Of a stretch of 64,000 nucleotides of DNA, positions 37,417 to 47,133 are shown one piece after another (the stretch's first letter is position 1; each line of letters starts with the position of its first letter). A program made the translations under genes and the position numbers. The notes under the pieces were generated by a model, which saw nothing but the letters and a program-made list of their open reading frames with translations, was not told where the DNA came from and made no database searches. The DNA is from an uncultured Actinomycetes bacterium (GTDB lineage Bacteria; Actinomycetota; Thermoleophilia; Gaiellales; JAICJC01): contig CAWEYE010000005.1 in assembly GCA_963813245.1 (NCBI GenBank), positions 114,588 to 178,587 of the forward strand, in the 5' to 3' direction.

Positions 37417-39428
37417 ATGGATCGTCCCGGAAGCACGCCAACGCCGAAGCGCCGTCTCAGCGACGGGTACGTGCCGCTGCACGCGCTGCCAGCGGCCGCC
37501 CCGGCCCCACTGCGCGAGCAGCTCGGAGCCGCGCTCGTCGACCGCGGTCTGCTGAGTGCGGACCAGCTCGAGTGGGCCCTCGACGCCCATCGGCGCACCG
37601 GTGAGCGGCTCGGCCGGGTGCTGCTCGCGGCCGGCCTCGTCCGCCGCCAGACGCTCTACTCGGTGCTGGCGGAGCTGTGGGGCTGCGGCTTCGTCGACCT
37701 CGTGCACACGCCCCCCGACGCGGCCGTGGCCGGGCTGTTCGACCCCGAGCAGATGGCGCTCGAGGGCTGGATCCCGCTCGAGCTGCGCGGTGGTGTGCTG
37801 CACGTCGCCACCTCGGAGCCGCCCTCGCCTGACCTGCGCCGGCGCATCCTTCACGCGTGCCCACCCCGCGACGCGAACGACATCGTCGCGATCACCTTCG
37901 CCGCCACCACGGACTGGGATGTGCTGGCCGCGATCCGGGCCCGGTTCGCGCACGAGCTCCGGCACGAGGCGGCGTACGGGCTCTCGGAGCGGGATCCGGC
38001 TCGATCGGCGCGGGGAGGCCTCAGCCGCGGGCAGCGGGTCGTGCTCGGCCTGGCCCTCGCCGGTCTGGTCGCGGCCGGCATCTTCGACCCCGGCGCGCTC
38101 CTGATCGGCGCGATCGTCGTCCTGCAGACAACCTTCGTCGCGGGGGTGCTGTTCAAGCTGGTCGCGTCGCTGGCCGGCATCCGCAGCACGCGCCGGCGCG
38201 GCCGGCGGGCTCCGGCGCAGCGCATCCCCGACCACGAGCTGCCGGTCTACACGGTGCTCGTGCCCGTCTACCACGAGGCCAATATCGTCGGCGGGCTGAT
38301 CGAGCACCTGCGCCGGCTCGACTATCCCGCCGGAGAAGCTCGAGATCCTGCTGCTCATGGAGGAGGACGACACCGAGACCATCGCGGCCGCGCGGGCGGC
38401 CGACCGCCCGGACACCGTGCGCTTCATCGTCGTCCCCGACGGCGCAGCCGAAGACCAAGCCGCGCGCCTGCAACGTCGGCCTGTTCTTCGCCCGCGGCGA
38501 GTACCTCGTGATCTACGACGCCGAGGACCGCCCCGAGCCCGGCCAGCTGCGCGAGGCCGTGGCGGCCTTCCGGGCCGGCGCCGACGACCTCGTGTGCGTG
38601 CAGGCGCGCCTCAACTACTTCAACGCCCGCCGAGAACGTGCTCACCCGGATGTTCACGCTCGAGTACTCGTACTGGTTCGACTACATGCTGCCCGGGCCT
38701 CGACCGGCTGTCGCTGCCGATCCCGCTCGGCGGCACCTCCAACCACTTCCGCGCCGACCGGCTGCGCGAGCTCGGCGGGTGGGACCCGTTCAACGTGACC
38801 GAGGACGCCGACCTCGGCCTGCGCGCCGGCGGCGAAGGGCTACACGGTCGGCATCATCGACTCGACGACCTACGAGGAGGCCTGCTCGCAGATCGGCGCC
38901 GTGGATCCGCCAGCGCACCCGCTGGATCAAGGGCTACATGCAGACCGCGCTCGTGCACTCGCGCCGGCCCGTGAAGTTCACCCGCGAGGCCGGGCTGCGC
39001 GGCCTGGCCGGCTTCCTGCTCCTGATCGCGGGCACGCCCGCCACGTTCCTGGCGACGCCCATCCTGTGGCTGCTCACCGCCGTGTGGATCTCCGGCGCCG
39101 CCTCGGGCGGCGGCCGTGTCACACCTCTTCCCGCATCCGTTCGACACGCTCGCCGAGCTCAGCCTCGTCGTCGGCAACCTGAGCATGATCGGCCTGAACG
39201 CGCTCGCCGTCCTGCGGCGGCGGATGTTCCATCTGCTGCCGTTCGCGCTGCTCGCCCCGCTCTACTGGGTGCTGCACTCGATCGCCGCCTGGCGAGCGCT
39301 CGAGCAGCTCATCCGGCGGCCCGTTCATGTGGGAGAAGACGCCGCACGGCCTGCAGGGCTCGCAGCCGGCCCCGGCGGCCGTGGACACGATCGAGACGGA
39401 GGCGCCGCCCCTGAGGGCAGCCGCCTAA
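37417..39428 (+). pseudogene. MshEN (GspE-N type c-di-GMP receptor) domain fused to TM segments and a GT2 family glycosyltransferase; catalytic half carries eight apparent +1 insertions
   Basis: The N-terminal 305 aa are intact (frame 1). The GT2 half is then read through frames 2,0,1,2,0,1,2,0: LDYPA|EKLEILLLMEEDDTE...VVPDG|QPKTKPRACNVGLFFARGEYLVIYDAEDRPE...NYFNAR|ENVLTRMFTLEYSYWFDYMLPG|LDRLSLPIPLGGTSNHFR...EDADLGLRA|AAKGYTVGIIDSTTYEEACSQIGA|WIRQRTRWIKGYMQT...|VSHLFPHPFD...LIRRP|FMWEKTPHGLQ... Confidence 0.8.
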
Positions 39429-40828
39429 GCCGCCAGCGCCAGCGTGGCGACGTGGGCATTGAGCGCCGCGAACGGCTCGGCGAAGAAGGCGGTGCCGACG
39501 TCGCCGCGCATCAGGTCGAGCGCGGCCGGCGACGGCATGGGATCGCGGTAGGGCCGCCGCGCGGTGAGCGCGTCGTAGACGTCGGCGCAGGCGAGCACAC
39601 GGCTGATCGCGGGGATCGCCTCGCCGGCCAGGCCGCGGTGGTAGCCGCGCCCGTCGACCCGCTCGTGGTGGGCGCCCGCGGCCTCGGCGAGGCCCGAGAA
39701 GATCGGCACGTGGCGCAGGATCGCCTCGGTGTCGCGCGGATGGCGCTTCACGGCCGCGTACTCGGCGTCGGTCAGCTTCCCGGGCTTGTCCAGGATCGAG
39801 TTGGAGACGCCGAGCTTGCCGATGTCGTGCAGGAGCCCCGCGCGGCGCAGGTCGCGCAGCTCGCCCTCGCCCCAGCCGAGCGCGCGGCCGATGCCGACGG
39901 CGTAGGCCGAGACCCGGTCGGAGTGGCTGGCGGTGAAGGGGCTCTTGGCGTCGATCATCGAGGCGAAGGCCTTGGCGATCCGGTCGACGCGGGCATCGTC
40001 CGCGGCCACGAGGCCGCCGTCGGCGGGCGCGGCGGCGAAGCGCTCGCCGGCGAGGTCGGCGAAGAGCCGGTCGGAGTCGGGCAGCGCGAGGAACGCGTCG
40101 GCGACCTGCGGGTCAAACCAGCGGCCGCGGCGCACGCGCACCATCTCCCGGGCGGTCTCGACGCCGTCCTGGGCGATGAAGACGTCGGCCGTCTGCGCCA
40201 GGCAGGCGATGCGGGCGAGCAGCGGGATGCCATTGCCGCGCAGCTTGTAGGGCTGGCCGCGCCCGTCCCAGTGCTCGTCGAGGTATCTGACGGTGTCGGC
40301 GGCGGCGGCGGGGAACTCGAGCATCGTGACGATGCGGGCGCCGCGATCGCAGCGCGTCTCGACCGCCAGGTTGCCCTCGCGGGCCATGTCGCGCAGGGCG
40401 GTCAGCACCCGCCGGGCGCGCGCGAGGCTCGAGTCGTTGCGGCCGGCCTCGCGCACGACCATGCCGATCGCCGCACTCGGCCTGGCCCAGTCGATGCGCT
40501 TCGCGATCCGCTTCAGCTCGAGGTCGTCGGCGGCGAAGATCTCGGCCATCCGCGCGGCCGACGAGGAGCAACCGGCGTCCTTGAGCAGCATGGCGTAATA
40601 GAGGCTTGTGTGCTCCTCGGCGGTGAGCGTGAGCGCGTCGGCCAGGCGCAGCGCGATCAGGCAGCTGCGCTTGGCGTGCCCCGGGGGCTGGCCCTCGGTC
40701 AGGTCGAGGGCGTGCGAGAGCGCCGCGACGACCTCGCCCACGGCGAAGGTCTGCGGCGCCGGCTCGGGCGCGGAGCGGAGGTGGGCGGTCATCTCGACGG
40801 TTATCGGCCCCCGCCGGCGCCCGTACAC
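39425..40828 (-). CDS. Cytoplasmic tandem HD-GYP protein: degenerate first domain + near-canonical second domain
   Basis: Domain 1: GHAKRS...LLKDAGC...DEHWDGRGQPYKL (HD->KD, GYP->GQP). Domain 2: SHSDRVS...LLHDIGKLGV...HHERVDGRGYHRGL. The start could instead be ATG 40792. Confidence 0.85.
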   Translation of the reverse strand: MYGRRRGPITVEMTAHLRSAPEPAPQTFAVGEVVAALSHALDLTEGQPPGHAKRSCLIALRLADALTLTAEEHTSLYYAMLLKDAGCSSSAARMAEIFAADDLELKRIAKRIDWARPSAAIGMVVREAGRNDSSLARARRVLTALRDMAREGNLAVETRCDRGARIVTMLEFPAAAADTVRYLDEHWDGRGQPYKLRGNGIPLLARIACLAQTADVFIAQDGVETAREMVRVRRGRWFDPQVADAFLALPDSDRLFADLAGERFAAAPADGGLVAADDARVDRIAKAFASMIDAKSPFTASHSDRVSAYAVGIGRALGWGEGELRDLRRAGLLHDIGKLGVSNSILDKPGKLTDAEYAAVKRHPRDTEAILRHVPIFSGLAEAAGAHHERVDGRGYHRGLAGEAIPAISRVLACADVYDALTARRPYRDPMPSPAALDLMRGDVGTAFFAEPFAALNAHVATLALAA

Positions 40829-40848
40829 CCCGGCTGGAGGGATCTACG

Positions 40849-41646
40849 ATGGGCGGCATGGCGAAGGCGATCGGCATCCTGCACCCGGGCGCGATGGGTG
40901 CCGCCGTCGGCGCGGCCCTGCGCACCGCGGGGCACGACGTCGTCTGGGCCGCAGACGGGCGCAGCGACGCGACCGCGGAGCGGGCCGCGGCCGCCGGGCT
41001 GCGTGACATCGGCACGGCCGCCGAGATGACCGGGGCGTGCGCCGTCGTCGTGTCGGTCTGCCCGCCGCACGCCGCGCTCGCCGTCGCCCGCGAGACGGCC
41101 GGCTTCCGCGGCACCTACGTCGACGCGAACGCCGTCTCGCCCGCGACCGCCCGGGCGATCGGCGCGGTCGTGACCGCGGGCGGGGCGCGCTTCGTCGACG
41201 GAGGCATCATCGGCCCGCCGCCCCATGCCGCGGGGACGACGCGGCTGTACCTGGCCGGTGCCGATGCCGCGGCGATCGCCGCCGCCTTCGCCGGCACGGC
41301 GCTCGACGCGCGGGTCGTCTCCGCGCGGCCCGGCGACGCCTCGGCCGTGAAGATGGCCTACGCCGCGTGGACGAAGGGCTCGGCCGCGCTCCTGCTCGCC
41401 GCCCGGGCCGTCGCGCGGGCGGAGGGCGTCGAGGACGTGCTCCTACAGGAGTGGGCGCTCTCCCTGCCGGAGCTCGAGTCCGAGTACGCGCGCGCCGGCC
41501 GGTCGGCGGCGGCAAAGGGCTGGCGGTGGGTCGGCGAGATGGAGGAGATCGCCGCGACGTTTGCGGCCGCCGGAGAGCCCGACGGCTTCCATCTGGCGGC
41601 GGCGGAGGTCTTCCGCCGCCGGGGGGTCACGGACTCCAGGCCGTGA
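40849..41646 (+). CDS. NAD(P)-binding 6-phosphogluconate-dehydrogenase-like oxidoreductase (DUF1932-type C-terminus)
   Basis: IGILHPGAMGAAVGAAL Rossmann motif and GGAGGG upstream of ATG 40849. 265 aa. Confidence 0.7.
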   Translation: MGGMAKAIGILHPGAMGAAVGAALRTAGHDVVWAADGRSDATAERAAAAGLRDIGTAAEMTGACAVVVSVCPPHAALAVARETAGFRGTYVDANAVSPATARAIGAVVTAGGARFVDGGIIGPPPHAAGTTRLYLAGADAAAIAAAFAGTALDARVVSARPGDASAVKMAYAAWTKGSAALLLAARAVARAEGVEDVLLQEWALSLPELESEYARAGRSAAAKGWRWVGEMEEIAATFAAAGEPDGFHLAAAEVFRRRGVTDSRP

Positions 41647-42835
41647 CCGCGGCGCCTTCCGTGAAGATCATCCCGCCTGCGATCGCCGGCTGGCCGGCGG
41701 TGGCCACGCTGCTCGCGAAGAGCACCTGGCCCGTGCGAGCGTCGAGCGCCTCCAGCGTATCGGAGTCGACGCCGTAGACGACTCCGCCCGCCACCGCGGC
41801 CGGCGAGAACTGATCGCCCTGGGCCCGCGGATCGCGCCAGAGCACACGGCCCGTGGCCGCCGAAAGGGCGCAGAAGCAGGGCCCTTCCTGGAAGCCGACG
41901 AACACCCGCCCGCGCGTCACGGTCGGGGTCGTGAAGAGGCCGCCGGGCTGCGCCGGGAACGCGTGCGACCACAGCCGCTGCCCGGCCGGCGTGAAGGCCG
42001 TGACGGCTCCGACCCCGCCCACGTAGACCACCCCGCCGCTGACCGACGGCGACTGGAAGACGCCGCCCGCAGGGTTGCGCGACCAGCGCAGGTGGCCGGT
42101 GGCCGCATCGAAGGCGACGAGCCGGCCCGGCTGCGTCTGCGGCACGGAGCCGAAGTCGCCCGATGTGGCGGCGTAGGCCACGCCCCCGGCGACGGCCGGC
42201 GAGAGCGCTCCGCCGGCGGTGGCGATGGTGCGGTGCCAGAGCGGGGCGCCGCCGCCCGCCGTGAACGCGTACTCGGCTCCCGGCTGGGCCTGGCCGGGAG
42301 CGCCCGTGGCCACGAACACGCGGCCGCCGGCGACGGTGGGCGCGTCGACCCACCCCGAAGCGTCTGTGTGCCTGCTCCACAGGCGCTGGCCGGTCGCCGC
42401 CGAGAGCGCCACGAGGTCGTCGACCGGCGCCCCCACGCCGACGTAGACGACGCCGCCGGCGACGGCCGGCGTCGAGAGCCCGGAGCCGGCATGCAGCGTG
42501 ACCGTCCACCGGTGCGCGCCGGTGGCCGCGGCGAGGGCGTAGAGCACGCCTCCGGGCGAGCCGGCGAACACGGTGGCGCCTGCCACGATGGGCGACGGCT
42601 CGGGTCCCGCGCCGTCCGACCCCAGGCTGACAGGCACCGACCAGACGGCGTGCAGATGCCCGACCGCCGATCGCGCGGGCGCCGCCGAGGCCGCAGCCGC
42701 GCCGGCGTGCGCCGCCGAGCCGCCGTACTGACCCCAGCCGGGCACGGGCGCCCCCGCCGCCTGCCCGGCTCCCAGCACGGCCGCCGCGCACACCGCCGCG
42801 GCCAGGGTTGCAACAATCGGCACCCGTCTGCCCAC
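41627..42835 (-). CDS. Secreted PQQ-like beta-propeller repeat protein
   Basis: Signal peptide MGRRVPIVATLAAAVCAAAVLGAGQAAGA. Repeated xGGVVYVG...LxAxxAATGxxxW blades (at least 7 repeats by eye). Confidence 0.75.
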   Translation of the reverse strand: MGRRVPIVATLAAAVCAAAVLGAGQAAGAPVPGWGQYGGSAAHAGAAAASAAPARSAVGHLHAVWSVPVSLGSDGAGPEPSPIVAGATVFAGSPGGVLYALAAATGAHRWTVTLHAGSGLSTPAVAGGVVYVGVGAPVDDLVALSAATGQRLWSRHTDASGWVDAPTVAGGRVFVATGAPGQAQPGAEYAFTAGGGAPLWHRTIATAGGALSPAVAGGVAYAATSGDFGSVPQTQPGRLVAFDAATGHLRWSRNPAGGVFQSPSVSGGVVYVGGVGAVTAFTPAGQRLWSHAFPAQPGGLFTTPTVTRGRVFVGFQEGPCFCALSAATGRVLWRDPRAQGDQFSPAAVAGGVVYGVDSDTLEALDARTGQVLFASSVATAGQPAIAGGMIFTEGAAVTAWSP

Positions 42836-42860
42836 GGCGCGGATCGTACCCCGGGTCGGC

Positions 42861-43932
42861 CTACCCGTTTGGGTGGGTTTTGGCCGCCCGCACGAGCTCG
42901 TCGCCGACCTCGCCGGTGCCGGCCGTGCCGCCCAGATCGGGGGTGCGCACGGCGCCCGCGCCGAGCACGCCTTCGAGCGCCGCCATCACCCGGGCCGCCG
43001 CCGCACCCTCGCCGAGGTGGTCGAGCATCATCGCGCCGGCCCACACGGCGCCCACCGGGTTTGCCAGCGAGCGGCCGGCGATGTCGGGTGCCGACCCGTG
43101 CACCGGCTCGAACAGGCCCGGGCCCGTGCCGGCGGGCGAGACGTTCGCGCTCGCGGCGAGGCCCATCCCGCCCTGGATGGCGGCGCCGATGTCGGTGATG
43201 ACGTCGCCGAACAGGTTCGAGGCGACCATGACGTCGAACCGCTGCGGCTGGGTGACCATGTAGGCGCAGGCGGCGTCGACCAGGATCCGGTCGAGCTCGA
43301 CGTCGGCGAAGTCCGCGTGCACGGCGCCCACGATCTCGTCCCACATGACGAAGTGGTGCGGGCTCGCGTTCGACTTCGTGATGCTCGCGAGCTTGCCGCG
43401 CCGCGACCGGGCGAGCGCGAACGCGTGGCGGACGACGCGCTCGACCCCGACGCGGGTGAAGACGTCCACCTGCAGGCCGACCTCGTGGCCCATGCCGACG
43501 TGCACGCGCCCGCCGAGCGCCGGCGTACTCGCCCTCGGTGTTCTCGCGCACGCACACCATGTCGATGTCGGCGGCGGAGCGGCCGGCGAGCGGCGTGGCC
43601 ACGCCGGGCAGGAGCCGGATCGGGCGGATGTTCAGGTAGAGGTCGAAGCGCTGCCGGATCGGCAGCAGCAGGCCCCACAGGGTGACGTGGTCGGGCACGC
43701 CGGGCGAGCCGACCGCGCCGAGGTAGACGGCGTCGTGCTGCTCCAGCCGGCGCAGTCCGTCGGCCGGCATCATCGCGCCGGTGCGGGCATGGTGGTCGCT
43801 GCCCCAGGGCAGGTGCTCCCACTCGAGCCGGCACTCCTCGCCGCAGGCCGCATCGAGCACCCGGATGCCCTGCTCGATCACCTCCGGCCCGACGCCGTCG
43901 CCGCCGATCACGGCGATCCGGTGCCGCCTCAC
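42861..43932 (-). pseudogene. Isocitrate/isopropylmalate dehydrogenase family (tartrate dehydrogenase-like), one apparent +1 insertion at ~43518
   Basis: RIAVIGGDGVGPEV...MVCVRENTEGEYAG | LGGRVHVGMGHEVGLQVDVFTR...SNLFGDVITDIGAAIQGGMGLAASAN. The two pieces are in adjacent frames. GTG 43932 or the upstream 43968 could be the start. Confidence 0.8.
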
Positions 43933-43942
43933 CGCGCCACCG

Positions 43943-44771
43943 TCAGCCGCCCTTGATCGCGCCGGCAACCAGACCCCGCATGAAGAAGCGCTGGCCGAAG
44001 ATGTAGAGCGCGAAGATCGGCAGGGTCGCGATCGAGAGGCCGGCCATCACCACGGGGATGTTGAGGTTGTAGCGGTTCTGGAACCCGGTCAGCCCGGCCA
44101 TCAGCGTGAGCGAGTTCTCGCTCTGCAGGAAGACGAGGGCGATCAGAAGCTCGTTCCACACCCACAGCGCGTTCACGACCGCGAGCGTGATCAGCGGCGC
44201 GCCGGAGAGCGGCACGACCACGCGCAGGAACACCTGCAGCGACGAGGCGCCGTCGATCTCGGCGGCCTCGATCAGCGACCGCGGGATCGTGCGGAAGTAG
44301 GCCGCGAGCATGTACACCGAGAACGGCATCATCAGGCCGACGTAGATCGCGATCACGATCCGGCGGGTGTCGATCAGGTTGAGCTCGGCGCCGAGCAGGA
44401 AGAGCGGCACGACCAGCACCACCGGCGGGATCACCATCAGCGAGATGATCAGCGAGAGCATCACCTCACGGCCCACGAACTGCCAGCGCGAGAGCCCCCA
44501 GGCGGCCAGCGACGCGAACACGAGCGTGATCACGACCGACGCGATGGTCAGGATCAGGCTGTTCAGGAGCCACTGCGGGAAGTGGTTGTTGAGCGCCGTG
44601 TGGTAGGCGTTCAGGCGCGGCGACGGTGGGCAGGCCCAGGGGATGGTTCAGGAAGTCGCTCTGCGTGCGCAGCGACCCCGAGAGCATCACGTACACCGGC
44701 AGGAGCGCCGAGACCGTGAACGCGATCAGCACGAGCTGGCGCAGGAGCCGGCCGCCGCGCTCGACGATCAT
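43943..44771 (-). pseudogene. Carbohydrate ABC transporter permease (MalG-like), one apparent +1 insertion at ~44621
   Basis: MIVERGGRLLRQLVLIAFTVSALLPVYVMLSGSLRTQSDFLNHPLGLPTV | PRLNAYHTALNNHFPQWLLNS...EAAEIDGASSLQVFLRVVVPLS (EAA loop). Confidence 0.82.
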
Positions 44772-45692
44772 GCCGGCCTCCGGCGCGAGTAGCCGAAGCG
44801 GACGACCAGGAAGGCCGCGGCGACCGCGGTCACGCCGATCAGGAGCAGGGTCGCGGCAGCCGCCGCGAGCCAGCGGGATGTCCGACGTGAACGCGTTCTG
44901 GTAGATGTAGGTCTCGGTCACCTGGGTGGCCTGGCCGGGGCCGCCGCCGGTCATCACGAACACGTAGCTGAACACCCACGACATGAGCGTGATCGCCTCG
45001 ATCACGAGGTAGAAGCCGATGATCGAGCGCATCATCGGCAGCGTCACGTGCCAGTGGGTGCGAAACCAGCCGGCGCCGTCGACGCGCGCGGCGTCGAAGA
45101 CGTTCTGCGGCAGCGACAGCAGCCGGGCCAGGAAGAGGATCACGCCGAAGCCGAGCTCGCGCCAGATGATCACGCCCGCGAGCGAGCGCAGCGCCCAGTC
45201 GGGGTTGCCCAGCCAGTCCTGCACCAGGAAGTTCAGGTGCAGCGTCTGCAGCGTCGTGTTGAGCGCCCCGTGCAGCGTCAGGAGCTCGCCGAAGAGCACG
45301 CCGACGACGGTCACCGGCAGCATGTAGGGGATGAACACCGCCACGCGGTGGAAGCGCCATCCGCGCATGCCCTCGTACAGCAGGATCGCCATGAGGAGCG
45401 CGATCCCGATGATGATCGGGAGCGTCAGGAGCAGGCGCAGGTTGTTGCCGAGCGCCTGGCGGAAGAACGGGTCGTCGATCGCGATCCGCAGGTTGCCGAG
45501 GCCGACCGGCTCGCCGTCGCGGTGGGTCGCCTCGATCACGAGGCGGTAGATGCTGTAGCCGTAGACGACGCCGATCGCAGCGAGCGCGGGCGCGATCCAC
45601 AGGAACGCCTGCCACGGAGGGCGGCGGGAGCGGCCGCGTACGGCCGCCCCCGTGCCCCGGTCGCCCGGTGACGCTACTGCTGTCCCGTCCAC
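44768..45692 (-). pseudogene. Carbohydrate ABC transporter permease (MalF-like), one apparent +1 insertion at ~44870
   Basis: ...WQAFLWIAPALAAIGVVYGYSIYRL...FDAARVDGAGWFRTHWHVTLPMM...TETYIYQNAFTSDIPL | LAAAAATLLLIGVTAVAAAFLVVRFGYSRRRPA. The stop overlaps the next ATG (ATGA). The GTG 45692 start is tentative. Confidence 0.78.
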
Positions 45693-47038
45693 TTCTTGAA
45701 GTTGTGCGATCAGGTCGGGCTCGATCGTCCTGATCCGGGCCATGTCGGACTCCATCGTGGCGGCCGCCTGGGCGGCGGTCGTCTTGCCGGCGAACATCAG
45801 CTGCACGCCGCCGAAGTTGGCCTTCGAGTCGAGGTCGGTGGGGATGAAGTTCTCCAGGTAGGGAGCGCCGTTCTGCGAGTAGTCGTACAGCTGCTTCACC
45901 TGCGGCACGTCGATCTGCGAAGAGTCGAAGCGGTCGTCGGCCGGCAGCGCGCCCGTGTCCTTGTAGAACAGCGCCAGCTCCGCCGGCGTGTGCATGAACA
46001 TGATGAAGTCGGCCGACTGCTGCTTGTACGGCGACCACGAGCTGATCGCAAGCGTCTGCGACGTCGAGCCCAGCTTGCCGGCGCCGACGCCGTTTGCGTA
46101 CTTGGGCATCGTCATGACGCCGACCTTGCTCGCCGCCGACCTGGGTGACGAACTTGCGCACGTCGGTGCCGGCCGTGACCGTCATCGCGCTCTTGCCGTC
46201 GACCCAGGTCTGCTGGGCCTGGTACAGGTCGAGCGAGCCGATGTCGTCGTTCCAGCACTTGGCGCTGATCATCTGCCCGAGGCGCGTCCACCACTCGGCC
46301 AGGTCGGGGTCGGTGAACTTCTTCGTCCCGACGACGGCCTGCTTCAGCTCGTCGACCGAGGTCAGCGACTCCGAGCCGAGGATCGAGAAGAGCCATCCGC
46401 CGAACCAGCCGTCCTTGACGCCGCCGGCGATCGGGGTGATGCCCTTCGACCGCAGCGTCGAGCAGTCCGACAGGAGCTGGCTCCAGGTGGTGGGCGCCGA
46501 GGCGATGCCGGCCCGGGCGAGGACGTCCTTGCGGTACAGGATCGGGAACGACGGCTGCACGTACCACGGGGCGCTCCAGAGCTTGCCGTCCCAGGTGTCC
46601 TCGGACGCGTTCAGGTAGTGCGCACGCTCGGCCGCCGGGATGTAGTCGGAGATCGGCGCGAGGTTCCCGTCCCACGCGTCCTGGAGCGCCCAGATGCCGC
46701 CCCAGCGGTACTCGATGTCCGGCCCCTTCTTGGCCTTCGCCGCCGCGGCGAAGTTGGGCATCAGGTTGTCGGTCGACTGCAGCACGGTGTTGATCTTGAT
46801 GTTGGGGTGCAGCGGCCTCGTACTTGCTCACCGAGGTGGCGAGGAACGTGGACAGGCCGTGCGCCTCCTGGTTGCCCCAGTACCACATGGTCAGGGTGAC
46901 CGGGCCGCTCGGCGCGGCCGAGCTGCCGCCTCCGGAGCTGCCGCCGCTGCTGCTGCTGCCGCAGGCCGCTGCGGCGAGCACGATCATGGTGGCGGCCGCA
47001 AACCGCCGCCGGCTGCTTGTGAGGAGCCTGCTGGACAT
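45674..47038 (-). pseudogene. ABC transporter extracellular solute-binding protein (sugar type), three apparent +1 insertions (~46810, ~46128, ~45704)
   Basis: MSSRLLTSSRRRFAAATMIVLAAAACGSSSSGG (lipobox)...SVSKYEAA | HPNIKINTVLQSTDNLMPNF...TAGTDVRKFVTQVGGE | KVGVMTMPKYANGVGAG...IRTIEPDLIA | NFKKWTGQQ-stop. GGGAGGG lies upstream of the ATG. Confidence 0.8.
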
Positions 47039-47065
47039 GAACCCTCCCTGGGACGCTGGGAAGGA

Positions 47066-47097
47066 AGTAAACGCTATAGCATTCCCGGCGTCAAGAG
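47066..47097 (-). promoter_or_regulatory. Promoter/operator element copy A: (minus strand) TCTTGACG-N9-GCTATAGC-g-TTTACT
   Basis: TTGACG and TTTACT are separated by 17 nt, with the perfect palindrome GCTATAGC in the spacer. It lies ~21 nt upstream of the SBP start, in the divergent region shared with the ATPase gene. Confidence 0.5.
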
Positions 47098-47133
47098 CGC
47101 CCGGGGGCGCATGTGCGATGAGGAGTCTCTGAC

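Noticed and set aside
38357-39414. Treating the GT2 fragments (38357..38974, 37857..38798, 38638..39414, 39116..) as separate small genes or as programmed frameshifting
   Set aside because: The fragments are consecutive pieces of a single GT2 domain in the correct order. The junctions share no slippery heptamer or common sequence, so neither separate genes nor programmed recoding is supported.
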